From positions 4,154,001 through 4,218,000 of the forward strand of contig NC_043021.1 in NCBI RefSeq assembly GCF_006345805.1: DNA of 64,000 nt, in the 5' to 3' direction. The position numbers and the translations under genes were made by a program. Position 1 is the stretch's first letter. Each line of letters starts with the position of its first letter. The notes below the pieces were generated by a model. The model saw only the letters and a list, made by a program, of their open reading frames with translations. It was not told where the DNA came from and ran no database searches. The DNA is from Octopus sinensis. Its lineage: Eukaryota. This document shows positions 38,706 through 50,940 of the stretch, one piece after another.

Positions 38706-39194
38706 AGACATATATATGGTAAATGAAAGACAGAAGATGGAATATATGAGATTTTTTATAAATCACGACAATTGTTTTGACACATCTAGCATCGATCCCT
38801 TATGGATGGGACACTTAACAACTGGTTCAGCAGCATCCGGCTGAGCGAAAACACCTAAAGCTCCACGAGGCTCCGGCAGGGAAGGGGGGTGGCGACCCCT
38901 GTTGTACTCTTTCGCTCCAACTTTCTCTCACTCTTTCTTCTTGTTTCTTGTCCCCGACTTCCTACGCAACCGCAGAGCCTGGATGCGCATTCATCCATCC
39001 ACCGATGCTCTCGGTGTTGGGGGTTTGACCTGCTTTCTCTTCAGCGGGTCTTACGAATAGCAAAAGACCATGTTTCGGACTTCTCCCATCTTGCGAGCTC
39101 TGGGACGAAGACCGTTCGCTCAACAGCAACAGCAGTGCAGCGGTGTCTCATTGGGTGATAAATAGATACAACTCATATATATATACCTATATAT

Positions 39195-39365
39195 GAACAG
39201 CAGGCTCAAAGTGAATGGAAACAATGGAAGAGAGAGACCAAGAAGAACTTGGGATGAAATGGGGGAAACTGATCTCAAACATATTGCATCTCATGGAGGA
39301 GGTGATAAAGGAATATGCTGACTGGCGATGTTTTTGGAGAAGATCTGACTGCAGCAGACACAACC
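39195..39365 (+). mobile_element. Old RTE LINE 3' coding relic
   Basis: VNGNNGRERPRRTWDE..ETDL pattern typical of RTE C-termini. Confidence 0.5.
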
Positions 39366-39730
39366 AGTAGCCCACGCTTGTCACAAAATGCTGGTAGTGA
39401 CATATATGTTCATACATATATGTTTGAGAATGTGTGAGGTGTGTGTGTAACTGGCACTCTGTTGGTAACTGCAACGAGGGTTCAAGTTGTTCTGATCAAT
39501 TGACCTCCCATGTGAGGAGGCGGTCGGGCTTCTTTCAGAGTCAGAAGAGTTGAGCTAGTGCTTGCCTAGGCTTACAACAGTCGCGCCTTCTCACATACAT
39601 AATTTGAGAAAGAGGAAGGAGAGAAGGGGAGAGAGCAAGGACATTCTTCAGTGCTAAAAATGTTGGCAAAAATCATATAATCCATACTGAAATAGAACAA
39701 GTCATTAAAATAAATAAATAAATAAACCAC

Positions 39731-39770
<40 letters not shown>

Positions 39771-39794
39771 ACACACACACATATCTTCACTCAC

Positions 39795-39884
39795 CGATTC
39801 AGATTCTTGGAGCTTCATTTCTAGTCGTTCAACGTTTTCTTCAAGTTGGTTATTTTTTAATGTTGTATCCAACAACTCCGATTC
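39795..39884 (-). CDS. Internal coding exon (phase 0-0) of an unidentified coiled-coil protein: ESELLDTTLKNNQLEENVERLEMKLQESES
   Basis: Minus strand reads tttccaatttttacag|GAATCG...GAATCG|gtgagt. Strong acceptor and donor, 90 nt, only one of three frames open, heptad-like E/L/K-rich peptide. Confidence 0.8.
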
Positions 39885-40084
39885 CTGTAAAAATTGGAAA
39901 GGTAAACAAAGAACATAAGATAAATTCATTTCCAACAATTGAACTTGAAATAGATAAAGCTATAAATAACGGTACATAAATATTGGATTAAAATAATCCT
40001 TTTGAATAGAAAATGTTGAAGGCTGCTCATGGGAGATAAAGATTTGGTTTTGTTTTGGTTTTCTCTCACCTTAATTCTTGGATT

Positions 40085-40760
40085 AGAACTCAGAATGTAA
40101 AGATGGATGAAATACTGCTAAGCATTTTGCCCAGTGTGCTAATGATTCTGCCAGCTCACTACCTTAATAATTATAATAATGGTTTCAAATTTTGCCACAA
40201 GGGCAACCATTTCAGAGGAGAGGACTAGTCAATTACATCGACCCCAGTGCTTCACTGGTACTTAATTTATCAACCCTGAAAGGTTGAAAGGCAAAAGCAA
40301 CCTCAGTGGAATTCAAACTCAGACCCTAGCAATAATTGAAATACCACTAATGATTCTTTCTGCTCTAGGTATAAGCCCAAAACTCTGGGTGAGGGGGACT
40401 AGTCAATTACATTGATCCCAGTTTTAAACTGGTACTTAATTTTATAGACCCCTGAAAGAATGAAAGGCAAAGTTGATCTGAACAGAATTTGAACTCAGAA
40501 CGTAAATCCAAAAGAAATGCTGCTAAGCATATTGCCTGACATGCTCTCATGATTCTGCCAGCTTTTACTGTCTTTACATATTGGTTTCAAATTTTGGCAC
40601 CACCAATATTAAAAGGATGAAACAAGTTGATTACATTGACCCCAGTGTTCAACTGAGACTTGTTTTATTGATCCTCAAAAGAATGATTGGTAAAAATCAA
40701 CCTTGGCAGAATTTGAATTCAGAATGTTTTCCAGCGAGAGAAAATTCAGCTAAGCATTTT
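40085..40760 (-). mobile_element. Cluster of SINE-B copies/fragments in the same orientation
   Basis: Reverse-complement SINE-B segments at about 40085, 40180, 40370 and 40580. Confidence 0.8.
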
Positions 40761-42178
40761 TGCCTAAATAATGCCAAAAAATAAAAATTAAAATAAAAAA
40801 CAGTAAGAAAACAATCCCAATCACATATAAAAAAAAAAACATATAGGAATTGATTGTCTTAACTATAAACAACTACAAATAAAAATAAAGAGGAAAAAAC
40901 CCAGTAAATTAGCATTAACTAACAAAGCTATTTTCACCAATAACTACTTCAGGATTATATAAAAAGGAAATTCTCTATATCTGACAGTTTAGAGCGAAAC
41001 CAAATTAATTAGATACTGAAGCAATAAATCTCTGAAAGTTTTATAGTTTACAAATGAAAAGCTTTTTCTTCCTTTTTTTTTCTTTTTTGATTTGGCTTTT
41101 GTTGTTTGTTTGATATTTCCATTCTGCTGCTGCCATCTACCTATCTAATTGGTGTTTGAATAAGGTTTCATATTTAGATACAGTTCAGTATGTTAGTAAA
41201 TTGGTTATTGTCTATTAGCAATAAATTTTTTTTTTTTTTTTTGCCTTGGCAAAAAGCTAAATGTTGTGGAGAGATGAGAAGACACAAATCAACCCCAAAT
41301 GTCGTACTGGTATTCAGTTTTAACAGTCAAGCCTCATGAAATGAAAAGTCTATACCTTTTATTTCCTTTTATTTTTATATTTTTATTTTTTTAGGCTGTG
41401 TGGTAAGAAACCTGCCTCTCAATCATTTGGTTCCAGGTTCAGTCCCACTGTATGGCACCTTTGTCTTCTATTATAGCCTCAGGCCAACCAAAGCCTTGTG
41501 AATGAATTTAGTAGACAGAAACTGAAAGAAGCCTGTTGTATTATATGTCTGTGTGTCTTTGTGTCCGTCCCTCCACCACTGCTTGACAACAGGTGTTGGT
41601 GTGTTTATGTCCCTGTACATATTTTGTTTTTATGCAAGGTACTTATTGTATTGGTCTCATTTGTTTTACAGAACCACAGAAATATGGGGATGTAAAAAAA
41701 CCCAGCACCAGTTGTCAAGAGATGGAGGAAAGGCATGCACACACACACACACACACACACGCACACACCCACAATGGGCTTCCACATAATTTCCATCTAC
41801 CAAGTTCCCTCACAAGGCATTGATCAAGAAAATGACTCTCCCCAGACACAACAGAAAATTATATATGTTTTTCTTTTTCCCAGTCAAAGCCGAGCAGAAG
41901 TAACAAAACAACATAACAGCCATTAATTTTTCTAGTAAAAAAAAACAACAAAATGGCTGGTACTGACCTCCACAAAAGGATGTAAAGCATAGTCAACCTT
42001 GGCAGGATTTGAACTCTGAACAGGAAGAGCCAGAAGCAATGTTAGTCTGCGTTTTGCTCAATGCACAAACAATTCAAAAAAAAAAATGTTCTGATCTTTG
42101 ATCTTTCAAGCATGTTTGTTGCTGAGAGGAAATAATATTTCGTTGGATCTGTCTCTTGTTAAAACATCAAGTGGTTAC

Positions 42179-42192
42179 CTCAGGATAGAGAT
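42179..42192 (-). CDS. Candidate 14-nt microexon of the same gene
   Basis: ttactttacttaatgtcttag|ATCTCTATCCTGAG|gtaacc. The phase 1-0 reading (xLYPE) would join the 39884 exon. No independent support. Confidence 0.3.
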
Positions 42193-42479
42193 CTAAGACA
42201 TTAAGTAAAGTAACCCAGTCAGAAAATTTCAAACCATTTCACAACACCACTCATCTAGAAAAGCCCCTAGCCATACGATGATCAAAAGAAAAATCAACAG
42301 GAAACCTAAATTGAAATTGCCTTTGCTTGTAAAGATCTGAAATAGTTGCTTCTCTGTAATGATCTGGACATGAAGAAAAATAAAATAAAATTAAAAAAAC
42401 AAAATGTTTGATTATTCTGCTCTAAGCAATGAAAATCTCAAGTGCTGTTCAGTCAAAGATAATTCTTTGACCTTCAATA

Positions 42480-42790
42480 GCACCATCCTAGCTACGCTCT
42501 TATATACACGTAAGATGTGGGCTACTATGAAGAGGATAGAACATTGATTGGTTGTGATGCAAAAGACTGTGGAAAATTCATGATAAGAATATCATTAATG
42601 ATGTGATTGCAGAGTACCAAAAGCACAAGTCCTGTTGGGCTGGATGTGTCATAAGGTTCACAGACAACAGATGAACCCATGCAGTTGTCAAGTGGTACCC
42701 AAGAGATCAGAAAAGGCTGCTTGGAAGGCCCCACCCCCACAACAATAAGAAGACAATTTAGTCAAGCAATATGGATCAAGTTGGAAAAGA
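42480..42790 (+). mobile_element. Old RTE LINE RT C-terminal relic
   Basis: Degenerate WAG-CV-IR, TDNR(W)T, VVKWYPRDQKR, LGRP motifs with frameshifts. Confidence 0.5.
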
Positions 42791-43567
42791 TTGGCACAAG
42801 CAAGACAAAATGACAAGTGCATTGTGACCAGTGGTGTGTAACGATATCTGATGGCCTGGTCGATACTGTGACACTGTGATTGTAGTTGACTGACCCCCCA
42901 GTCAGCTTCCCTTGAACAAACTTATACCACATCACCTTTCAATTGAAGAATCATTCAATTAAAATTCTCTCACCAGCAACCATGCGATCTTTACAAAAAT
43001 CTTAACTAATCTAAGATTTAGAATGCAAAACAGGTCAAGGATATTTTAATCCTTTGCCTGTCCTGTGTATCACATGTGTTCATCATCATCATCATCATCA
43101 TCATTTAACATTTGTTTTCTATCCTTATATGGATTGGGAAGAGCTGGCTGGGCTTCATGTCTGTTTTGCCATGGTTTTTATGGCTGGATGTCCATCTTAA
43201 CCCCAACAGAGAGTACTGGATGCTTCTACGTAGAACTGGCACAAGTGCTATTACATGGCACTGGCATGGTTGCTTTTTACATGGTACCAGCATCTATGAG
43301 TCCGCAGGACATAATTCCTTGACACACATGCATCGTATATGATACACGTTCCCAATTTTTTCAACGACCAGAGTAACTTGGGACTTATGAAAGAAAAGCT
43401 TTATATTACTCAGATTGTATGCAACATCGGGTGACTAAAAGCCTGAAAAGAAACAAGGACATTCAAGACAGGCAAAGTGTCAAAAATTTTAAGGAATGTG
43501 TTGAGTCAGTGAATTGGCAGAATCATTAAAGCACTGAGAGCTCAAAATGAGAGCTCCTTATGAGAGC

Positions 43568-43890
43568 TCAAAATCTCTCGTGGAGGTGCCATCCAACCAA
43601 AATGCAAATATATGGGAAACTACCACCTGTGTCATCTCTTGTGAAGGGTAGGAGAGTCCAGTTTGCTGGACATTGTTGTAGAGCTGAAAAAGAAGTAATT
43701 TCTACTCTTCTCCTCTGGAAGCCATCTACTCGCAATACCAGAGGGCGCACACTCTCCTACCCTGATGTAATCTCCAGGGATACAGGCATCCAGCAACAGG
43801 ACCTCCGTAATGCCATGATGGACCGTGAAGTCTGGTGTAACATGGTAAATTCCATTGTCTCGACCACGGTCGAACAATGATGATGATGAA
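43568..43890 (+). mobile_element. RTE-group LINE 3' end, 5'-truncated
   Basis: RRVQFAGHCCR...LLLWKP...RGRTLSYPDVISRDTG...MMDREVW-stop plus a (TGA)n tail. A near-identical copy lies at 56077-56385. Confidence 0.8.
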
Positions 43891-44637
43891 AGCACTAAAC
43901 AAAATGGTTGCAGAATTTAGTTATGACTTTTTATGTTCTGACATTCAATTCTGCCAAATTCAATATTGCTTTTTATCCTTGCTGGGGAGGGAGTAGGGTT
44001 GATAAAATACTAGTCAATATTAATCGTTAGCAACTTAATATTCCTATAAAGCATTTAAGATATTAATGGAATTGAATTGGTTTGCCCATGATCAGACCAT
44101 TGCAGGACGAAGGCCTCAGCATGTCCCCTCTACCAAACATGGTCTGATGGGAAGGCCATGAATTTAAGCTTGAGATCAACATGGCTTGGCAAAGAGTTGC
44201 ACTTTTATGTTTATACTCCTACCCTGGAGTGGTTAAGTTGATTTCACTGACCCCAATGTTCAACTGGTACTTATCATTCCCGAAAGGATGAAAAGCAAAG
44301 TCAACCCCAGTGGGAATTGAACTCAGAACATAAAGATGGATGAAACACCACTAAACATTTCTAATGCTAATAATTCTGAAAAAAGGATTTAGCTGCTATT
44401 TAGAGCAAATACAAAACTATAAAGTTCTTTGTTTCATTGTTTTTAGGTAGCTTGGTCTGTTCTTCCTGGCTTTAGCTAGTCATAGTGGAAAAGAAAGTAC
44501 TCTGTAAAGTGGCTGGTGTTAAGAAAGGCTGAAGAAACCATGTGGTTGCGAAGCAAGTTTCTTACTACACATCCACGCTTCTGAATACACCTTTCTGTTA
44601 TCCAACTGTAGGGTTCAAATATCAGGTGAAAGGCTAC

Positions 44638-45044
44638 TCTCTCTCTTTTACTTGTTTCAGTCATTTGACTGCGGCCATGCTGGAGCACCGCCTTTAATCG
44701 AGCAACTCGACCCCGGGACTTATTCTTTTGTAAGCCCAGTACTTATTCTATCGGTCTGTTTTGCCGAACCGCTAAGTAACGGGGACGTAAACACACCAGC
44801 ATCAGTTGTCAAGCAATGCTAGGGGGACAAACACAGACACACAAACATGTATATATATATATATATATATATACATATATACGACGGGCTTCTTTCGGTT
44901 TCCGTCTACCAAATCCACTCACAGGGCATTGGTCGGCCCGAGGCTATAGTAGAAGACACTTGCCCAAGGTGCCATGCAGTGGGACTGAACCCGGGACCAT
45001 GTGGTTGGTTAGCAAGCTACTTACCACACAGCCACTCCTGCGCC
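44638..45044 (-). mobile_element. SINE-A copy
   Basis: Full reverse-complement copy. Confidence 0.9.
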
Positions 45045-46829
45045 TTGTGTGTTCTTACCATACAGCCATGTCTACAACTGGGAAATCTCATAATTGTTGT
45101 CATTAGTTACCGCTGTGTTAATGAGGTTAATGTTTCACTTCTACACAGTTAAGTCAAAACATTAATTCTAGTTAATATTAGATCTAATGAAATGAGTGGC
45201 TCAAATGCACCAATAGCCGAGTGTTCTGTGATAATGGAACTTTAATTAACACATAGAATATAATGGCGTTCAAGTACCTTTTAATGAAATAGCTTTACAT
45301 CCTAAAACTTCTGTAATGTAAGAGAACAACAATCAGGTGAGATGTATGCCAAGGTATAAAACATTGTAATTCTATTTCATATAAAGTTAGTGTAATAAAT
45401 CTGTTGCACATTAAGGAATTATCTATGACTGAAGAGCACTTGAGATTTTCATTGCTTAGAGCAAAATAATCAAACATTTTATTTTTAATTTATTTTATTT
45501 TATTTTTTTCTTCGTGTCCAGATCATTACAGAGAAGCAACTATTTCAGATCTTTGCAAGCAAAGCCAAATTCAATTTAGGTTTCCTGTTGATTTTCTTTT
45601 GATCATTGTATGGCTAGGGGCTTTTCTAGATGAGTGGTGTTGTGAAATGGTCTGAAATATTCTGACTGGGTCACTTTGTACAAGAAACTATGTCATTCAC
45701 TGTCTTGGTAAGCTTGTTCTGAATTCTGGTGATATTAGTAGTCACGGCAAATATTTTAGTGGTGTGATATTGTCTCAGCCAAACTATTCTCGACACAGAC
45801 ACGTAATTTGATCAGGCATCATCACCTACTAATCTCATGGCCGTCCAATTTGGCCGGATGTCTACAGATAATCATTTGGCACAAAGTAAGTGACTACAAT
45901 GAAGAGGTGAGTATTGGCATTGTTGCTGTTGTTTACACTTAGGTCAGGCTAGATTCAGCCAAACTATTATAGAAAAATTGTCCAACATCGACAATACTGC
46001 TATCATTTTGGGGATTTTTTCACACCGAGATCTGCTCATCAGAGCAGATCTATGACCAAAGATCCAGAGAAGTTGGCGTTCTTCTTGTTGCTGTTTACAA
46101 CCTAAGTCAGGTTTGAACAGTGATGCTTTTTTTTGCACATCCAAATCTGCTCTGAAGTGTAGTGAAGCTATATTCTATCAGTCTCTTTTGCAAACTTCAA
46201 AGGTATTGGGACATAAATAAACCACCACCAGTTGTCAAGCAGTGGTAGGGGACAAACACAAACATGCAAATATATTCAAAGACATCATCAATCCAAGGTA
46301 GAACATGAACTGAAAAGAGAGACAACTATTACAAATATTACCAAGAAACAATAAAGAACTCTGATTTCTGTCTAGAACACAAACCCCAAAATTTGGTGAT
46401 GAGGTATCAATTATCTTCTACTTAAGGAATCGCTCTCTTTTAATATGAAACCAATGATAGACTTAATCTAGAAATAAAGAATCTTTATCTACCAATGCAG
46501 CGTTGAGCACTCATTTTCATTGTTCAATATTAACGTGTGTGTGTGTGTGTATATATGTATATATATCATCATCATCATCATCATCGTTTAACGTCCGTTC
46601 TCCATGCTAGCATGGGTTGGACGGTTCGACCGGGGATCTGGGAAGCCAGAAGGCTGCACCAGGCTCCGGTCTTATCTGGCAATGTTTCTACAGCTGGATG
46701 CCCTTCCTAATGCCAACCACTCCGTGAGTGTAGTGGGTGCTTTTTATGTGCCACCTGCACTGGTGCCAGACGAGGCTGGCATCGGCCACGGTCGGATTGG
46801 TGCATTTTACGTGCCACATATATATATAT

Positions 46830-46868
<39 letters not shown>

Positions 46869-46893
46869 ATATATGTACATATATGTATGTGTT

Positions 46894-46925
<32 letters not shown>

Positions 46926-47568
46926 TATATATATACATGTATAAATCTCTATATATGTGTGTATTTATATATATGTGTTTGTGTAAATATATATATATGT
47001 ATGTATATTTTATATTAATAATTATATACATACGCCTATACATAGGGCTGTGTATACATATGGCTTTGTGACGGCTCTGCTCATATAGGTATATGAGATA
47101 CTTATACATTTATACAACGGAATATCGACACTGATGATAGCAGTAGGTATATTTTTTGCTTTTAGCTTGAAATGAGATCTTATACATGATTAACCAAAAG
47201 TTTAATTTATTATCTTTTGCTCAATGGTAACCTGCGTTTTTAGAGTTTTTAGGGTGGTTTTAGTGCCATTTGGCGTCTATTTTCCATGCATGGAGGGGTG
47301 TTTTTGCCAATATCTTGTTATAATTATGCATATAATTATTTATACGATATTTGGAAAATTTACCTAAAAGGTTTTTATTTTCATGCTGACCACCTGATAA
47401 ACTCATAAATGATTTTATACTTTATTATATAATAAATATGTGAAAATTTTTGCTGTGGATCAAAGTTGCATTGACTGCAGCATTATTTTGATATATAACA
47501 TGTGGTTGAAGAGAAAGATGTAAATTCTACTTTTACTCTGTATTTTTGCAAGTGTGTATATATATATA

Positions 47569-47739
47569 GGCACAGGAGTGGCTATGTGGTAAATAGCTTG
47601 CTTACCAACCACATGGTTCCGAGTTCAGTCCCACTGCGTGGCATCTTGGACAAGTGTCTTCTACTATAGCCTCGTGCTGACCAAAGCCTTGTGAGTGGAT
47701 TTGGTAGATGGAAGCTGAAAGAAGCCCGTCATATATATG

Positions 47740-47770
<31 letters not shown>

Positions 47771-47978
47771 CTGTTTGTGTGTCTGTGTTTGTCCCCTAGC
47801 ATTGCTTGACAACCGATGCTGGTGTGTTTACGTCGCCGTCACTTAGTGGTTCAGCAAAAGAAACTGATAGAATAAGTACTGGGCTTACAAAGAATAAGTC
47901 CCGGGGTCAACTTGCTCGACTAAAGGCGGTGCTCCAACATGGCTGCAGTCAAATGACTGAAACAAGTAAAAGAGAGAG
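47569..47978 (+). mobile_element. SINE-A copy
   Basis: Colinear with 15049-15453. Confidence 0.9.
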
Positions 47979-48000
47979 TATATATATATATGTATATATA

Positions 48001-48305
48001 CTTTATTTAAAGCAGCAGAAAATTCAACAAAACCTGTTACTCTGAGTTTCACGTAGCCGTTTATCGGGCAGTTTTTGCTAGCAAAACACACCAGCATCGG
48101 TTGTCAAGCAATGCTAGGGGGACAAACACAGACACACAAACATACACACATATATATATAAAAACTGTCCGATGAATGGCAACGTGAACTCAGAGTAACA
48201 GGTTTTGTTGAATTTTCTGCTGCTTTAAATAAAGCATATTAATCTACCCCTGGTATTTGAGTACTCTTAATTCCACCTTGTTTCACATTTATGTGTTTAC
48301 TCCGG
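48001..48305 (+). mobile_element. Second copy of the CCGA-core hammerhead hairpin element, loop filled by a SINE fragment
   Basis: Arms 48001-48077 and 48161-48234, with the same tail as the 63771 copy. Loop 48082-48160 is reverse-complement SINE-A body sequence. Confidence 0.7.
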
Positions 48306-48708
48306 TATATATATATATATACATATGGCTGTGTGATGGCTCTGCTTGTATAGGTATATGAGATACTTATACATTTATACAATGGAATATCGATGCTGAT
48401 GATAGCAGTAGGTATATTTTTTACCTTTAGCTTGAAACAAGATCCAATATACGATTAACCAAAAATTCAATTTTTCATCTTTTTATTGCTCAATGACAAT
48501 CTATGATTTTAGAGTTTTTAGGTTGCTTTTAGTGCCATTTGGTGTCTATTTTCCATGTGTGGAGAGGTGTTTTTGCCAATATCTTGTTATAATTATGTAT
48601 ATAATTATTCATATAATATTTGGAAAATTTACCTACAAGGTTTTTATTTTCATGCTGACCTGATAAAATCATGAACGATTCTATCTCTTTATTTATAATT
48701 TATATATG

Positions 48709-48741
<33 letters not shown>

Positions 48742-48836
48742 AATGCAAGGAAAATGATATGCCTATGACCTTTGGAGTTACTGTGTGTGTGTGTGTACAT
48801 ATATATACATATATATATATATACATATATATATAT

Positions 48837-49280
48837 TATTTAGTGAGGGAAGAAATGGAGCTGAACGAAGATTTTACAAAATTCCTTTTTATTATTTTCT
48901 ACACATGTTTCAAAGGCTGCAAATTCCCTAATTCGGATTGAATAAGGAGACCATTTTGCAGCATTCTCTTCAGGAAAATCCAGGAACTTAAATCTCCAAA
49001 CAAATGCGCAGCAAGCTTTTCGAACAAACGCTCCCTAGGAGCCCATGGTATGAATGGCGCCATTCATACCATGGGCTCCTAGGGAGCGTTTGTTCGAAAA
49101 GCTTGCTGCGCATTTGTTTGGAGATTTAAGTTCCTGGATTTTCCTGAAGAGAATGCTGCAAAATGGTCTCCTTATTCAATCCGAATTAGGGAATTTGCAG
49201 CCTTTGAAACATGTGTAGAAAATAATAAAAAGGAATTTTGTAAAATCTTCGTTCAGCTCCATTTCTTCCCTCACTAAATA
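48837..49280. repeat. Perfect spacerless palindrome, 222-bp arms
   Basis: Centre tggc|gcca at 49058/49059. No mismatch found by eye. Confidence 0.9.
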
Positions 49281-49949
49281 TAAAACTTCAATTATCCGCA
49301 CTAAGGCACGGTTGCGATACCCCATGGTCGTAACCTCAACCATGATTTTTTGTGTGATTTTTGCTACCCAGGTATTGGTTATAATTTGAATAATCCGTAA
49401 GAAGATAATTCATTTATCCATTTCATAAAATATATATATATATATATATGCTGAGCTTGTTTCAGTTTTCGTCTACCAAATCTGCTTATAAGGCGTTTGT
49501 TGGCCCAAGGATATAGTAGAAGACTGGAACCTGTGGAACTGAACCTGAAACCATGCAGTTGGGAAGCAAAATTCTTACCGCACAGCAACATCTGCACTTG
49601 ATTACATAATTTCGTTAATTTGTTTTATTTTGGTAGGGAGAAGGAGGGAGAGAGGGAAGGAAGGCAGGAAAGAGGGGGATGCTGCAAGAGATCAATTTTA
49701 ATGGCCAGGTTATTGAAAACCAAAAATTACTAAAACAAAAGATGGCAGCATGTACTTTTTTTTTATTGTTTATAAAAAGAGAAAAATGAAAAAAAAAACA
49801 AAAAAAACTGAAATCAATTTTTTTTTTTTTTTTTTTTTCCATTTACCCCTTCAATAAAAACTAATTGCTGAAATGGAGGAAATAAAACTAAAAATAAATC
49901 AATCAAAATAAAAAAAAAACAATGCTGGGTGGGTGGGTGGGTGGAGTGG

Positions 49950-50940
49950 GAGGTGGTGATGGTGGTGGTGTTAGTGATGGTAGTGGCATTAAAGGTGGTG
50001 GTGGTGGTGTTAGTGATGGTAGTGGCATTAAAGGTGGTGGTGGTGGTGTTAGTGATGGTAGTGGCATTAAAGGTGGTGGTGGTGGTGTTAGTGATGGTAG
50101 TGGCATTAAAGGTGGTGGTGGTGGTGTTAGTGATGGTAGTGGCATTAAAGGTGGTGGTGGTGGTGTTAGTGATGGTAGTGGCATTAAAGGTGGTGTGGTG
50201 GTGGTGTTAGTGATGGTAGTGGCATTAAGGTGGTGGTGGTGGTGGTGTTAGTGATGGTAGTGGCATTAAAGGTGGTGGTGGTGGTGTTAGTGATGGTAGT
50301 GGCATTAAAGGTGGTGGTGGTGGTGTTAGTGATGGTAGTGGCATTAAAGGTGGTGGTGGTGGTGTTAGTGATGGTAGTGGCATTAAAGGTGGTGTGGTGG
50401 TGGTTTAGTGATGGTAGTGGCATTAAAGGTGGTGGTGGTGGTGGTGGTGTTGACTGGTGTAATGGTATTGAGAGTGTTTGTAACGGTAGTGGTATTAATG
50501 GTGATGATGGTTGTGGTGGTAGTGTTGGTGGTATGGAGGTCATGTGGTACGGTGACACTGGTGGTGGTGGTGGTGTTAGTGATGGTAGTGGCATTAAAGG
50601 TGGTGGTGGTGGTGGTGTTGATTGGTGTAATGGTATTGAGAGTGTTTGTAGTGGTAGTGGTATTAATGGTGATGATGGTTGTGGTGGTAGTGTTGGTGGT
50701 ATGGAGGTCATGTGGTACGGTGACAATGGTGGTGGTGGTGGTGGTGTTCATAGTGCAGATAATGGTAGTCTTAATGGTGGTATGGTGATGGTGGTATTAA
50801 CATGATTGTAGTCATGGTGGCCTTGGTAGTGGTAGTGGGAGTAGACTCAGTAGTTGTGGTGAAGGTGTGGGTAGTTTTGGTAAAATTAGTGGAGGTGATG
50901 GTATCAATAGTGGTGGTGGTGGTGATGGTGGTAAGAAGCT
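49950..50940. repeat. 39-bp GGT-rich minisatellite with a higher-order duplicated block
   Basis: Unit ggtggtggtggtggtgttagtgatggtagtggcattaaa. The block gttga(c/t)tggtgtaatggtattgagagtg...ggtacggtgac occurs twice. Confidence 0.9.

Larger units (their letters stand above)
42205..45678. repeat. Dispersed inverted duplication, ~265-bp arms (42205-42470 and 45411-45678)
   Basis: cccagtcagaa...tggacatgaagaaaaa...ctcaagtgct versus its reverse complement, with few substitutions. Confidence 0.85.
47056..48700 (+). repeat. Pair of ~380-bp direct repeats (47056-47430 and 48323-48700) separated by younger insertions
   Basis: Colinear diverged copies, each containing CTGATGA-tagc...gctt-GAAA. A SINE-A copy and the HHR hairpin element lie between them. 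Confidence 0.7.

Noticed and set aside
46023-46050. Hairpin gatctgctc-atca-gagcagatc containing CTGATGA
   Set aside because: The core sequence is sequestered in its own stem, and there is no valid helix III or cleavage triplet.
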